Positions 19,523 to 29,027 of a DNA stretch of 64,000 nt are shown piece by piece. How positions within the stretch are numbered: the stretch's first letter is position 1; each line of letters opens with the position of its first letter. Both the position numbers and the translations under genes were made by a program. The notes beneath the pieces are model-generated. The model was not told the DNA's origin. It did no database searches and saw only the letters and a program-made list of their open reading frames with translations. This DNA comes from Chlorobiaceae bacterium (GTDB lineage Bacteria > Bacteroidota > Ignavibacteria > Ignavibacteriales > Ignavibacteriaceae): assembly GCA_013824085.1 (NCBI GenBank), contig PNNF01000011.1, positions 1,301-65,300 on the forward strand. The letters are read 5' to 3'.

Positions 19523-21001
19523 ATGAAAAAAATATTATCAATAGCAATCTTAATAATGTTTACATTTTTTTTAGGTTGCGATAGCAAAGATAAAACTAAA
19601 CAAGATGGAGCTACTACAGAAGTAAGCTTGTTCTACTGTCCAATGCACCCGAACGTTACTTCAGATAAGCCGGGAGTGTGCCCAATATGTCATATGGATC
19701 TTGTCTTGAAGGCAGCAAGTAGTATGTCGGTTGGTGAATTAGAAAATATTTTAGAGCTATCTGAACAGAAAGAAATATTAGCAAACGTCTCTACTGTAGA
19801 AGTAAAAAAAGAGATGATTGAAAAAATTATTGACGCATATAGTGTTTTGCAAATTCCTGAATCGAATAGAAAAATTATTTCTGCAAGATTCAACGGAAGA
19901 ATTGAAAAACTATTTGTGAACGAAACTGGATTAAGAATAAACAAAGGAACAGTTTTATTTGAATATTACAGTCCTCAAGTAATACAAGCGCAAAATGATT
20001 TTCTTTTGGCGATGAGTGGAAATCAAGAGTCAGACAGAAATAATTTTTCTTCTAATCTCTATGAAGCATCTAAAAAGAAATTGCAGCTGCTTGGATTCAC
20101 TGATGAACAGATTGCGGAACTCGCTTCAACACAAAAAATAAATTTTACAGTAAAATTTCACTCACCAATAAGTGGAACGATACTGACAAAAAATATTCAA
20201 GAAGGAGTTTATGTAAATGAAGGAAGTCAATTTTATGAAGTAGTTGATTTATCACGCCTTTGGGTTGTATCGGAAATTTTTGAAAGTGATGTAAGATTTA
20301 TAAAAAATGGAAACAGAATAGAATTCATTCCACAAAATTCAAATGGTGAAAAATATAGTGGAACAATTAATTTGATTTATCCTATTGTTGATGCAGCAAC
20401 AAGAACAATTTCTGTGCGCTCGCAAGTTGACAATTCACGAAATAAACTTTCTCCTAATATGTATGGAAATGTAATTTTCAAAAGTTCACTTGGGTTAGGA
20501 TTGACAATTCCAATTGAGGCAGTGCTTCATACAGGAAAAAGAAATGTTGTTTGGAAAAGTTTAGGTGAAGGAAAATTTAAGTTGCGTGAAGTTCAACTTG
20601 GAATTAAGTTTGATAATAAATATCAGATTGTATCTGGTTTGAATGAAGGAGATCGGGTAGCATCTTCTGGAGGATTTTTAATTGATTCAGAAAGTCAATT
20701 AAGAGGAATAACTGCTGGGCACGAGCATTCTGGAAATGAAGTCGAGGATGAAAGTAAATCAACTGAGAATAAAATAAATGATCAAGCTCCGGCAACAAGT
20801 AAAAAAATAGAAGGCACAAATATTTTTAATGAAGTATGTCCAATAATGGGCGGTGCAATTTCAACAAAATTGCCGACAGTTACATATAAAGGAAAAATTT
20901 ATGGGTTTTGCTGTAAGGGTTGTGATAAGAAATTTGCGGAAAACCCTGAAAAATATTTAAAGAATCTTTCTGCCGATGGAAAGAAATTTATTGGTGAATA
21001 A
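19523..21001 (+). CDS. efflux RND periplasmic adaptor (CusB-like lipoprotein) with N-terminal heavy-metal-binding domain and C-terminal YHS/TRASH-like domain
   Basis: Lipobox FFLGC. FYCPMHPNVTSDKPGVCPICHMDLV is the heavy-metal-binding domain seen on CusB-type adaptors. An HlyD/MFP barrel-sandwich core follows. The C-terminus reads CPIMGGAI...YKGKIYGFCCKGCDKKFAENPEKY. Confidence 0.85.
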   Translation: MKKILSIAILIMFTFFLGCDSKDKTKQDGATTEVSLFYCPMHPNVTSDKPGVCPICHMDLVLKAASSMSVGELENILELSEQKEILANVSTVEVKKEMIEKIIDAYSVLQIPESNRKIISARFNGRIEKLFVNETGLRINKGTVLFEYYSPQVIQAQNDFLLAMSGNQESDRNNFSSNLYEASKKKLQLLGFTDEQIAELASTQKINFTVKFHSPISGTILTKNIQEGVYVNEGSQFYEVVDLSRLWVVSEIFESDVRFIKNGNRIEFIPQNSNGEKYSGTINLIYPIVDAATRTISVRSQVDNSRNKLSPNMYGNVIFKSSLGLGLTIPIEAVLHTGKRNVVWKSLGEGKFKLREVQLGIKFDNKYQIVSGLNEGDRVASSGGFLIDSESQLRGITAGHEHSGNEVEDESKSTENKINDQAPATSKKIEGTNIFNEVCPIMGGAISTKLPTVTYKGKIYGFCCKGCDKKFAENPEKYLKNLSADGKKFIGE

Positions 21002-21030
21002 TTAATTTAAAAACAAACGAAGGAAATAAA

Positions 21031-21459
21031 ATGAGAACAAAACTTTTTGTAGCGCTCTTTTTAACATTTTCAATTCTTATAGTTGCACAAACGCAAGAAA
21101 AGAAGACCGTTGTAAAAGAAACAATTGTTGACTCAACTAAAAAAAATCTTGAAAACACTCAAGAAAAGAAGACAATAGTTAAAGAGACAATTGAAACAAC
21201 AGAAACAATTGTTGACTCGACTAAAAAAAATGTTGAAAAAACAATTAAGAAAAAAATTACTGTTGAAACAAAAATCGAAAAAGTTATTTGGAATAAATTA
21301 TGTCCAATAATGGGAGAAGAAATTGATCCCGAAGTTGAAACAGTTGAGTATAAAGATAAGACAATTGGTTTCTGCTGCAAACCGTGCATCAGAAGATTTA
21401 ATAAAGATCCCGAAAAACATTTGAAGTCACTAAGTGATGATGGACAAACTTTAAGATAA
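21031..21459 (+). CDS. secreted YHS/TRASH-like metal-binding domain protein
   Basis: Signal peptide MRTKLFVALFLTFSILIVAQ. A repeated K/E/T-rich linker is followed by CPIMGEEI...YKDKTIGFCCKPCIRRFNKDPEKH, which is paralogous to the C-terminus of the adaptor. Confidence 0.75.
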   Translation: MRTKLFVALFLTFSILIVAQTQEKKTVVKETIVDSTKKNLENTQEKKTIVKETIETTETIVDSTKKNVEKTIKKKITVETKIEKVIWNKLCPIMGEEIDPEVETVEYKDKTIGFCCKPCIRRFNKDPEKHLKSLSDDGQTLR

Positions 21460-21473
21460 AATTTATCTTATTT

Positions 21474-21541
21474 AAAGCTGTCTTAAAAATGTTGTGAAAA
21501 AATATTTTAAGGTTTTCACTTTTAAGACAGCTTAATTTTTT
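21474..21541. terminator. bidirectional terminator between convergent genes
   Basis: Long inverted repeat AAGCTGTCTTAAAA ... TTTTAAGACAGCTT followed by a T-run. It sits between the stop at 21459 (+) and the stop at 21542 (-). Confidence 0.75.
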
Positions 21542-21883
21542 TTAAGAATTTTTAATTTCAGTTATTGTCGGTTGAACGTCAAGTTTAGTTTTGCCTGTAT
21601 AAGGATAAGTAGAATTTTCTCCCGTAATTTTTCCATTTAAGAATGGACAAGCAATTGAATTACTCTTCTCACTATTTGAGAAAGTGCATTCACTACTATT
21701 TTTATTTGAGCCAGAAAAATTCAATTTACCCTGTAAATATGGGCACTCAGATTTTTGCTCACTTACAATTTCACTTTTAATATTGGTGTTCAGAATTGTA
21801 TAGCTCGGGAACACATTGTTGAAAAGTAGAAAAGTTACAACAATAATTGAAAGACTCAGAGATAACGCTTTTTTCATACTCAC
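21542..21883 (-). CDS. hypothetical secreted protein with duplicated CP[YF]L[QN]GK motif
   Basis: N-terminal signal/TM segment (ALSLSLSIIVVTFLLF). Three Cys residues, two of them in ECPYLQGK and ACPFLNGK. No family recognised. Confidence 0.5.
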   Translation of the reverse strand: MSMKKALSLSLSIIVVTFLLFNNVFPSYTILNTNIKSEIVSEQKSECPYLQGKLNFSGSNKNSSECTFSNSEKSNSIACPFLNGKITGENSTYPYTGKTKLDVQPTITEIKNS

Positions 21884-22030
21884 TCCTTGTTTTTTTAATC
21901 TTAAACCGAACTGATATTAAGAAAGTTCAATTTTAATAAAAAAATTTTAAGCAGAGTAAAACCAATTTGGAATTTATTTAAATCAATTAATAACTATATT
22001 TGCAAAGATTTTTTAAAATTGAGAAAGAAA

Positions 22031-23857
22031 ATGAAAAATAATTTAGAAGATAAAAAAATAAATTCAGTTCCATTGCGAGCTGATATTGAAGAAAAATTTA
22101 AATGGAATATAAGTGACATTTATAATAGTGATGATGAATGGGAAAAAGATTTTAAGTGGGTTCAAGATAATCTTCACAAGTATAAAAATTATGAAGGAAA
22201 ACTTTCTAACATCGAAACAACTCTCTTTGAATGTTTAAACTTCGATACTGAGATTGGAATTAAATTAGAAAGACTCTACCTTTATGCGATGTTATCAAGA
22301 GATAGCGATTTGTCAATTTCAATTTATCAGTCTTTTGACGACAGAATAAAAAATCTTTACTCTCAAGTTTTAACGCACAGTGCATTCATAAAACCGGAAA
22401 TAATAAAAATAAATAAACAGAAATTATTTTCGTTTATTACAACAAATGATGAGTTCAAATTCTTCCGACATTTCTTTGATGAAATTTTCAGAACAGAAGA
22501 ACATACTTTGAGTGATAAGGAAGAAGCAATATTAGCAGCCGCAACTGAGATTACATCAATTCCATATGATGCTTTTTCGATGTTCACAAATTCCGATTTA
22601 AGTTTTGGAAATGTAACCGACGAAAATGGAGATGAAGTAGAAATTTCGCACGGACGTTTTTATGCTGCACTTTATTCATCAGATAAAAATTATCGTGAGA
22701 GGGTTTACAAATCTTACTACAAACCATTTAAAGAATATTCAAAAACTTTTTCCGTTTTACTAAATGGCAATTTGAAGGCGAGTGTTTTTAATGCGAAGAT
22801 AAGGAACTATAAGTCTGCACGTGAATCATCATTGTCGAGCAATAATATTTCGATTTCTATTTATGATAATTTGATTAAGTCAGTCAGTGAAAATTTATCG
22901 CCAATGCATAGATGGGCTTCATTAAAAAAGAGAATCTTAAAGCTGGATGAGTTACACCCTTATGATGCTTATGTTTCAATCACATCTATAAAAGAAAATA
23001 AAAAATATGATTATGAAGAAAGCTTAAAAATTGTTTATGACTCATTAAAAATTTTAGGTGATGAATATCTCGAGTCACTGAAAAAAGCGTTTAATAATCG
23101 TTGGATAGATGTGCACGAAACTAAATCTAAAAAAAGCGGAGCGTATTCTTCAGGTACAACTTTTGGTGTTCATCCATACGTTCTTCTAAATTGGAAAAAT
23201 TTATTGAATGATGTCTTTACACTTTCGCACGAAATGGGACACAATATTCATTCGTATTTTACAGGCAAAAATCAGCCATACATTTATGCTAACTATTCTA
23301 TTTTTCTTGCTGAAGTCGCATCAACATTCAACGAATCGTTATTGCTTGATCATTTGATTTCAATCTCATCTTCGAAAGATGAAAAACTTTTTTTACTTGA
23401 AAGATATTTAAATAATGCAACGGCTACTTTTTATCGTCAAACAATGTTCGCTGAGTTTGAAAAAATTATTTATGAAAAAATTGAAAGCGGCGAATTTTTA
23501 ACTTCAGATAATTTACGTCTGCTTTATAAATCGCTTTTTCAAAAATATTGGGGACCGGAAATGATTGTAGATGAAGAGGAAGAATTTACTTGGGCAAGAA
23601 TTCCACATTTCTATTATAACTTTTATGTTTATCAATATGCAACAGGATTTGCAGCGTCGGAAGCGTTAGTGCAAAAAATAAAAAATGGAAAGAGTTCCGA
23701 TATTCAAGCTTATCTAAATTTTTTGAAAGCTGGTAGTTCCAACTATCCATTGAATATTCTTTCAGATGCTGGAGTAGATATGAATTCATCTGAACCAATA
23801 ATTGCAGTAGCAAACAAAATGAATTTAGTTCTTGACGAATTTGAAAAATTAATATAA
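22031..23857 (+). CDS. pepF: oligoendopeptidase F (M3B family)
   Basis: HEMGH zincin motif (TLSHEMGHNIHSYF) in a protein of about 600 aa with PepF-like N-terminal helices. ATG 22031 is preferred over TTG 22019. Confidence 0.88.
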   Translation: MKNNLEDKKINSVPLRADIEEKFKWNISDIYNSDDEWEKDFKWVQDNLHKYKNYEGKLSNIETTLFECLNFDTEIGIKLERLYLYAMLSRDSDLSISIYQSFDDRIKNLYSQVLTHSAFIKPEIIKINKQKLFSFITTNDEFKFFRHFFDEIFRTEEHTLSDKEEAILAAATEITSIPYDAFSMFTNSDLSFGNVTDENGDEVEISHGRFYAALYSSDKNYRERVYKSYYKPFKEYSKTFSVLLNGNLKASVFNAKIRNYKSARESSLSSNNISISIYDNLIKSVSENLSPMHRWASLKKRILKLDELHPYDAYVSITSIKENKKYDYEESLKIVYDSLKILGDEYLESLKKAFNNRWIDVHETKSKKSGAYSSGTTFGVHPYVLLNWKNLLNDVFTLSHEMGHNIHSYFTGKNQPYIYANYSIFLAEVASTFNESLLLDHLISISSSKDEKLFLLERYLNNATATFYRQTMFAEFEKIIYEKIESGEFLTSDNLRLLYKSLFQKYWGPEMIVDEEEEFTWARIPHFYYNFYVYQYATGFAASEALVQKIKNGKSSDIQAYLNFLKAGSSNYPLNILSDAGVDMNSSEPIIAVANKMNLVLDEFEKLI

Positions 23858-23875
23858 TTACAAAAAGGATTATCC

Positions 23876-24892
23876 ATGAAAATTTACAGCAAACAACTTT
23901 TAAATGAGTTTTATCAATCGCTTACTTATGATGATGTAAGTTTAATACCAACAGAAATCTCCAGAGTTAAATCAAGAAACGAGCCTTCTACTTCTGCAGA
24001 ATTTTTAGGAATGAATTTAGCATTACCAGTTTTATCAAGCCCAATGGATACAGTAACAGGAATAGATATGGCAAAAGAATTGAGCAGTGTTGGTTGTCTT
24101 GGAATCTTAAATAGATTTGATTCTTCTTTGAATGATTTATTAATTCATCCTGAAAATAAAAATGGGATTCGTGCAGTTTCCATCGGATTAAATACAACGT
24201 TTGATATTATTGAAAAGCTCGCTGAACAAGATTACATTATCTGTATCGACACAGCAAATGCAAACAATAACGAAGTCTTAAACAAAACTGAAGAAGTGAA
24301 AAAAAGATTTAATGTGAAATTAATAGTTGGAAATATTGCTCACGGTGGCACTTTAAAAAATCTTGAAGACTCAGGTGCAGATGCAGTTAGAGTTGGAATT
24401 GGTAGTGGTAGCGTTTGTTCAACATCAATACAAACAGGAATTGGAATTGGTCAAGTCTCATCATTGTTAAATGTTCTTTACAGCAGAACAATGGGAAATT
24501 ATAAAATAAAAATTATTGCAGATGGTGGAATAAAAAGTTCAGGCGATGTAACGAAAGCGATTTCACTTGGTGCAGACGTGGTTATGCTCGGAAGAATGTT
24601 GGCAGGAACAAAAGAAACTCCCGGTGAAGTGATTAAATACAATGGACAACTTTGGAAAAAATATCGTGGCTCAGCTTCTTACGGAGTTAAGATGCGTAAT
24701 GAATTTATTGAAGGCGAAGAGACAATGGTCGCATACAAAGGGACAGTAAAAAACGTTATCAATAGTATTTCAGATGGACTTCGCAGCTCTATGAGTTATA
24801 TGAATTGCTTAACTCTTGATGAATTAAGAAGAACAGAAACATATGCGATTTTGAGTAATAGTTCCTACTTAGAAAGATTACCAAAAGCATAA
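23876..24892 (+). CDS. GMP reductase / IMP dehydrogenase-family oxidoreductase lacking CBS domains
   Basis: [10 protein letters not shown]..., [25 protein letters not shown] (catalytic Cys loop) and [21 protein letters not shown]. The 338-aa length fits GuaC-type enzymes. Confidence 0.75.
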   Translation: MKIYSKQLLNEFYQSLTYDDVSLIPTEISRVKSRNEPSTSAEFLGMNLALPVLSSPMDTVTGIDMAKELSSVGCLGILNRFDSSLNDLLIHPENKNGIRAVSIGLNTTFDIIEKLAEQDYIICIDTANANNNEVLNKTEEVKKRFNVKLIVGNIAHGGTLKNLEDSGADAVRVGIGSGSVCSTSIQTGIGIGQVSSLLNVLYSRTMGNYKIKIIADGGIKSSGDVTKAISLGADVVMLGRMLAGTKETPGEVIKYNGQLWKKYRGSASYGVKMRNEFIEGEETMVAYKGTVKNVINSISDGLRSSMSYMNCLTLDELRRTETYAILSNSSYLERLPKA

Positions 24893-24990
24893 ATTTTTTT
24901 TAGAAATTGATTTTTAAAAACAAATTAAAAAATTTTTCTAAAAGAGTTTTAGTTTTCTTATTGAGAGTGAATAAGAGTTTTACAAAATAA

Positions 24991-25350
24991 TTATTCTCTC
25001 TCAACTCTATCGAACTTAAATGCAGGAATGCAGACTGAAACATATTCGCAGGCTTCATTGAAGGGATTTGAATATTTTATTTTTGTCCCCTTCTTCACAA
25101 TTATCGATTCCCCCTTTGTTAAAATTATTTCTTCATCTTCAAATTGAAAACTTTTTTTTCCAGAAATTACATATGTAACTTCATCAAATTCGCAAACTTG
25201 AAATGGCTCACTCCAAAAGGGCGGAGCAATCATATGAGCAAAACTGAAATCTCCACTATTTATACTTGCGAATCCAAAATGCTCTTCGATTAATTTTCCA
25301 TCAGTTGTTGGAACGACGAAAGGATTGGTTTGAACTATATAATTTTTCAT
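24991..25350 (-). CDS. cupin domain protein
   Basis: 119 aa small beta-barrel pattern (EVTYVISGKKSFQFEDEEIILTKGESIIVKKGTKIKY). Confidence 0.6.
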   Translation of the reverse strand: MKNYIVQTNPFVVPTTDGKLIEEHFGFASINSGDFSFAHMIAPPFWSEPFQVCEFDEVTYVISGKKSFQFEDEEIILTKGESIIVKKGTKIKYSNPFNEACEYVSVCIPAFKFDRVERE

Positions 25351-25792
25351 AATAAATTTTGAAATAATGATTAAAAATTAATCTTCAATTTAAGAGAATC
25401 AATTAATCTTAAAAAAATTATGTTAGTAAATTATAATCAAGTTATTGTCGCAATATTTGTCGTGGGGGAATTTCAGGAGAAGGTCACAAAGTTACACAAA
25501 GTGTTCACGAGGTTGCTCTAAGTTGTTTCTGTTTACATGCTTCAGAAAGTGAGACTCTGCGAATGAGTCGGTGCAAGTTATTTGTAAAAAAGATGAGTTA
25601 ATAATAGATTGTGAGGAGTAAGAACAGAATTAAAGCTTACTTGTAACAACTTTAAGAAAGAATAAAATTAATTAGCTCAATTAACAAGCTTATAATAATT
25701 TTACATAATCATTTAAAAAGAAAATTGTGATTTACTTAAACATTAAAATTTATTTAACTAATAAAATATCCCACATATAACAAGGAATAAAA

Positions 25793-27874
25793 ATGAAAAA
25801 AATTATTTTAGTTTTTCTCCTCCTAACTCTTAACTCAACTCTAATGATTTCGCAAAAAAGAGCATTCACATTAGATGACATTTATAGAGTTAAAGGAGTT
25901 GCATCACCAAGCTTCTCACCATCAGAGAACTTGTTTGCATATCAGTTAACAATAAATGATTTGTACAACGGAAAATCTTCTACAAAAATTATTTTGAACA
26001 ATATTAAAACTGCAGAAAGATTAGAAATTGAAACAGGAGAAGGAAGTGCTTTCAGCCCATTCTGGCATATCGATGAGAACATTCTCTACTTCACTAAGAA
26101 CGTCGCAGGTGCTTCGCAATTGTTTAAATATAATATTAAAGAAAAAAATACAACACAGATTACAAATTTTTATTCGGGAGTTTCATCTCCGGTTTTTTCT
26201 CCAGATGGAAAATTGTTAGCGTTTACTTCTCAAGTCTATCCTGATTGTGGCGCTGATCAAGAATGTAATAAATATAATTCTGAGTCTGCTCAGAGTGGAC
26301 CAATACAAGCATTTTTAGCAGATGAACTTTTATTCAGACATTGGGATTCTTACACCGAAGGAAAAGTAAATCACATTTTTATTTTTAACACTGAAAAAAA
26401 TACTTACGTCAATCTGACTCCGGGAAAATTTAATTCACCTACATTTCAAGTTGGCGGCGGAATTGGATTTAATTTTTCACCTGATGGAAATTGGCTCTGC
26501 TTTATGTCGAAGCGTGTAGAAGACCCAGCATTATCAACCAATTCTGATATTTGGTTAGTCAGTGTTAATGGAGGTGAAGCAAAAAATATTACTGCTGAAA
26601 ATAAAGCTTGGGATGGAAATCCTATTTACTCACCCGATGGAAAATATATTGCTTATAAAACGCAAGTCATTCCGAATTATGAATCAGACAAAGTTAGAAT
26701 TGCTCTTCACGAAGTATCAACAGGAAAAAATAAAATTGTTACTGAATCATTTGACAATTGGGTGAACGATTTTGTTTGGAATAAAGATTCTAAAATAATT
26801 TATTTTACGGGCGAAGTCGAAGGTTATGCTCCAATCTACAAGGTTGATTTATCCTCCAACGAAATAAAAAAAATATCAAAAAATATTTCTGTCGGCGCAT
26901 TTGATATTTCTTCCAAAGGAAATTATTTGTATTACACATATCGATTGATGAATAAGCCCGCCGAAATTTATAAACTAAATATTGCAAAGAATGAGGAAAC
27001 TAAACTCACTTTTGAAAATAAAAAATTACTTGAAGAGGTTGAATTTATTGCTGCGGAGTCTTGGTGGTTTAGAGGTTCTGAAAATAAATTAATTCATAGC
27101 TGGATTGTAAAACCATTCGGATTCGATCCAACTAAAAAATATCCTGTAGTTGTTAATGTGCACGGCGGTCCACAAAGTCAATGGATGGATGCATACAGAC
27201 CAGATGCTCAACTTTATTCGGGATACGGATACATAAATGTTTTTCCAAATCCACACGGCTCAACTGGATATGGTCAAGAATTTACTGCACAAATTTCTGG
27301 CGATTGGGGAGGAAGAGTTTATGAAGATGTAATGAAAATTACCGATTCACTTGAGACGCTTCCTTATGTTGACAAGAACAGAATAGGAGCGATGGGCTGG
27401 TCTTATGGCGGTTATATGATGAATTGGATTCAAGCAAAAACTAATCGTTACAAATGTTTAGTCTCAATGATGAGCTTGTATAATATGGAATCTTTTTATG
27501 GAACAACGGAAGAATTATGGTTTCCTGAATGGGACTTGAAAGGAAGACCTTGGACATCAGACCAATATGAAAAATTTTCGCCACACAATTATGTAAAGAA
27601 TTTTTCTACTCCAACTTTAATTATTGCAGGTAAAAAAGATTATCGAGTTTCATACACACAAAGTCTTGAATATTTTACTGCTCTACAAAAATTAGGAATC
27701 GATTCACGTCTAATTATTTTTGAGAATGATGGACATTGGCCAAGTCACATCCGTTCAATGCCGCTTTATTACAATGCGCATCTTGAATGGTTTCATAAAT
27801 ACTTAGGCGGCAAACCTGCTCCTTATGATTCAAAAAAAATGATTCGTAACACTGCATTTGATTCATTGAAATAA
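25793..27874 (+). CDS. S9-family serine peptidase (prolyl oligopeptidase/dipeptidyl peptidase type)
   Basis: Signal peptide. N-terminal beta-propeller with repeated SPDGK motifs. C-terminal alpha/beta hydrolase with the nucleophile elbow GWSYGGYM and a distal D...H (ENDGHW). Confidence 0.9.
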   Translation: MKKIILVFLLLTLNSTLMISQKRAFTLDDIYRVKGVASPSFSPSENLFAYQLTINDLYNGKSSTKIILNNIKTAERLEIETGEGSAFSPFWHIDENILYFTKNVAGASQLFKYNIKEKNTTQITNFYSGVSSPVFSPDGKLLAFTSQVYPDCGADQECNKYNSESAQSGPIQAFLADELLFRHWDSYTEGKVNHIFIFNTEKNTYVNLTPGKFNSPTFQVGGGIGFNFSPDGNWLCFMSKRVEDPALSTNSDIWLVSVNGGEAKNITAENKAWDGNPIYSPDGKYIAYKTQVIPNYESDKVRIALHEVSTGKNKIVTESFDNWVNDFVWNKDSKIIYFTGEVEGYAPIYKVDLSSNEIKKISKNISVGAFDISSKGNYLYYTYRLMNKPAEIYKLNIAKNEETKLTFENKKLLEEVEFIAAESWWFRGSENKLIHSWIVKPFGFDPTKKYPVVVNVHGGPQSQWMDAYRPDAQLYSGYGYINVFPNPHGSTGYGQEFTAQISGDWGGRVYEDVMKITDSLETLPYVDKNRIGAMGWSYGGYMMNWIQAKTNRYKCLVSMMSLYNMESFYGTTEELWFPEWDLKGRPWTSDQYEKFSPHNYVKNFSTPTLIIAGKKDYRVSYTQSLEYFTALQKLGIDSRLIIFENDGHWPSHIRSMPLYYNAHLEWFHKYLGGKPAPYDSKKMIRNTAFDSLK

Positions 27875-27892
27875 TTTTTTGGGGAAGATTAA

Positions 27893-27930
27893 GACAAAAA
27901 AAAACGGAGTAGAAACTCCGTTTTTTTTTT
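27893..27930. terminator. bidirectional rho-independent terminator
   Basis: A-run, CGGAGT-AGAA-ACTCCG hairpin, then T10. It lies between convergent genes ending at 27874 (+) and 27957 (-). Confidence 0.85.
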
Positions 27931-27956
27931 ACAATTGGTCTAAATTGTCTAACTAA

Positions 27957-28442
27957 TTATGTGCTTGGTCCTAAATTCAATTTATAAAGTCTGTCGCCTC
28001 CTGAAGAATAGCTATCAAAAAGATTCTGATTATTTGACTTAGGTGTATATCTAGGAGTTTCTTGAGCTGGATGATAGTATAATTTGGCATCTTTAAGAAT
28101 TTTTAGATTACTATCTGCTATTTTTTGAGAATTTAATATTTTAAATCTTTCCTGAGGAGTAAGGTTTTGAATTTTCTGAGAAACAAATTGAGAGTTTCTT
28201 ACTGGAACCAAAAACAACTGTTCTTTATTTTCTAGCTGAGCCAATGCTTGTATTCGTTTACTATCATAATCTTGTTTTTGCAAACGATTTACATTAGTTT
28301 GTTTAACTTTTGTAGGTTGTACTTTTGGCATAATAACATTTCGATTTTTTATTTTGTATAACGTATAGGAAATTGTAACAATAACAATTACTGCTATTGA
28401 AAAAACCGTGAATGCTAATTTTACAATTGGTATGAGTTCCAT
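27957..28442 (-). CDS. hypothetical single-pass membrane protein
   Basis: N-terminal TM segment (LAFTVFSIAVIVIVTISYTLY) followed by a polar Q/K/N-rich tail. No family recognised. Confidence 0.45.
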   Translation of the reverse strand: MELIPIVKLAFTVFSIAVIVIVTISYTLYKIKNRNVIMPKVQPTKVKQTNVNRLQKQDYDSKRIQALAQLENKEQLFLVPVRNSQFVSQKIQNLTPQERFKILNSQKIADSNLKILKDAKLYYHPAQETPRYTPKSNNQNLFDSYSSGGDRLYKLNLGPST

Positions 28443-28724
28443 GATATTACCTTACTTTATTTTAATTTTCTATATCATTATAACAAGATGTGTGCCAAGC
28501 GAATTCGGGCTGAATTTCAAGTTTTTTGTGACAAGTAGAAAAAATATTGAGAATCAATTATCATTTTGACACAGTAAGAACGATTACTTATGTTGATTTC
28601 AATAAAAAGGTGAAAGATTTTTCTTTCTGAAAATTTTGTGAAATTAAGATTCATGTGATAACTTTAAACCTTTAATATTAAATAACTTATAAGATTGAAT
28701 TTGTGAAAAAATGGAGACAAAAAA

Positions 28725-29027
28725 ATGACCAAGGCGGATTTAGTTGACGTAGTTTCTCAAGGAGTTGGATTAACGAAATTAGAAACAGAAGCAGTGATAG
28801 AAGGCTTTTTCAATAGTGTAATTGAAGCTTTGAAAAATGGAAAAGGGATTGAGATTCGTGGATTTGGAACTTATAAAGTGAAGAAAAAACCGAGCCGTCA
28901 GGCACGCAATCCAAAATCGGGTGAAAAAGTTTTCGTGCCGGAGCATTATGTCCCAACTTTTAAGTTCTCCAAAGATTTTAAATCACTCGTCGATAAAGGA
29001 TTAAAGGAGAAGAATAAGCAACTATGA
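28725..29027 (+). CDS. HU/IHF-family DNA-binding protein
   Basis: MTKADLVDVVS...IEIRGFGTYKVKKKPSRQARNPKSGEKVFVPEHYVPTFKFSK shows the classic HU/IHF fold signature including the beta-arm RNP...P. Confidence 0.9.
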   Translation: MTKADLVDVVSQGVGLTKLETEAVIEGFFNSVIEALKNGKGIEIRGFGTYKVKKKPSRQARNPKSGEKVFVPEHYVPTFKFSKDFKSLVDKGLKEKNKQL

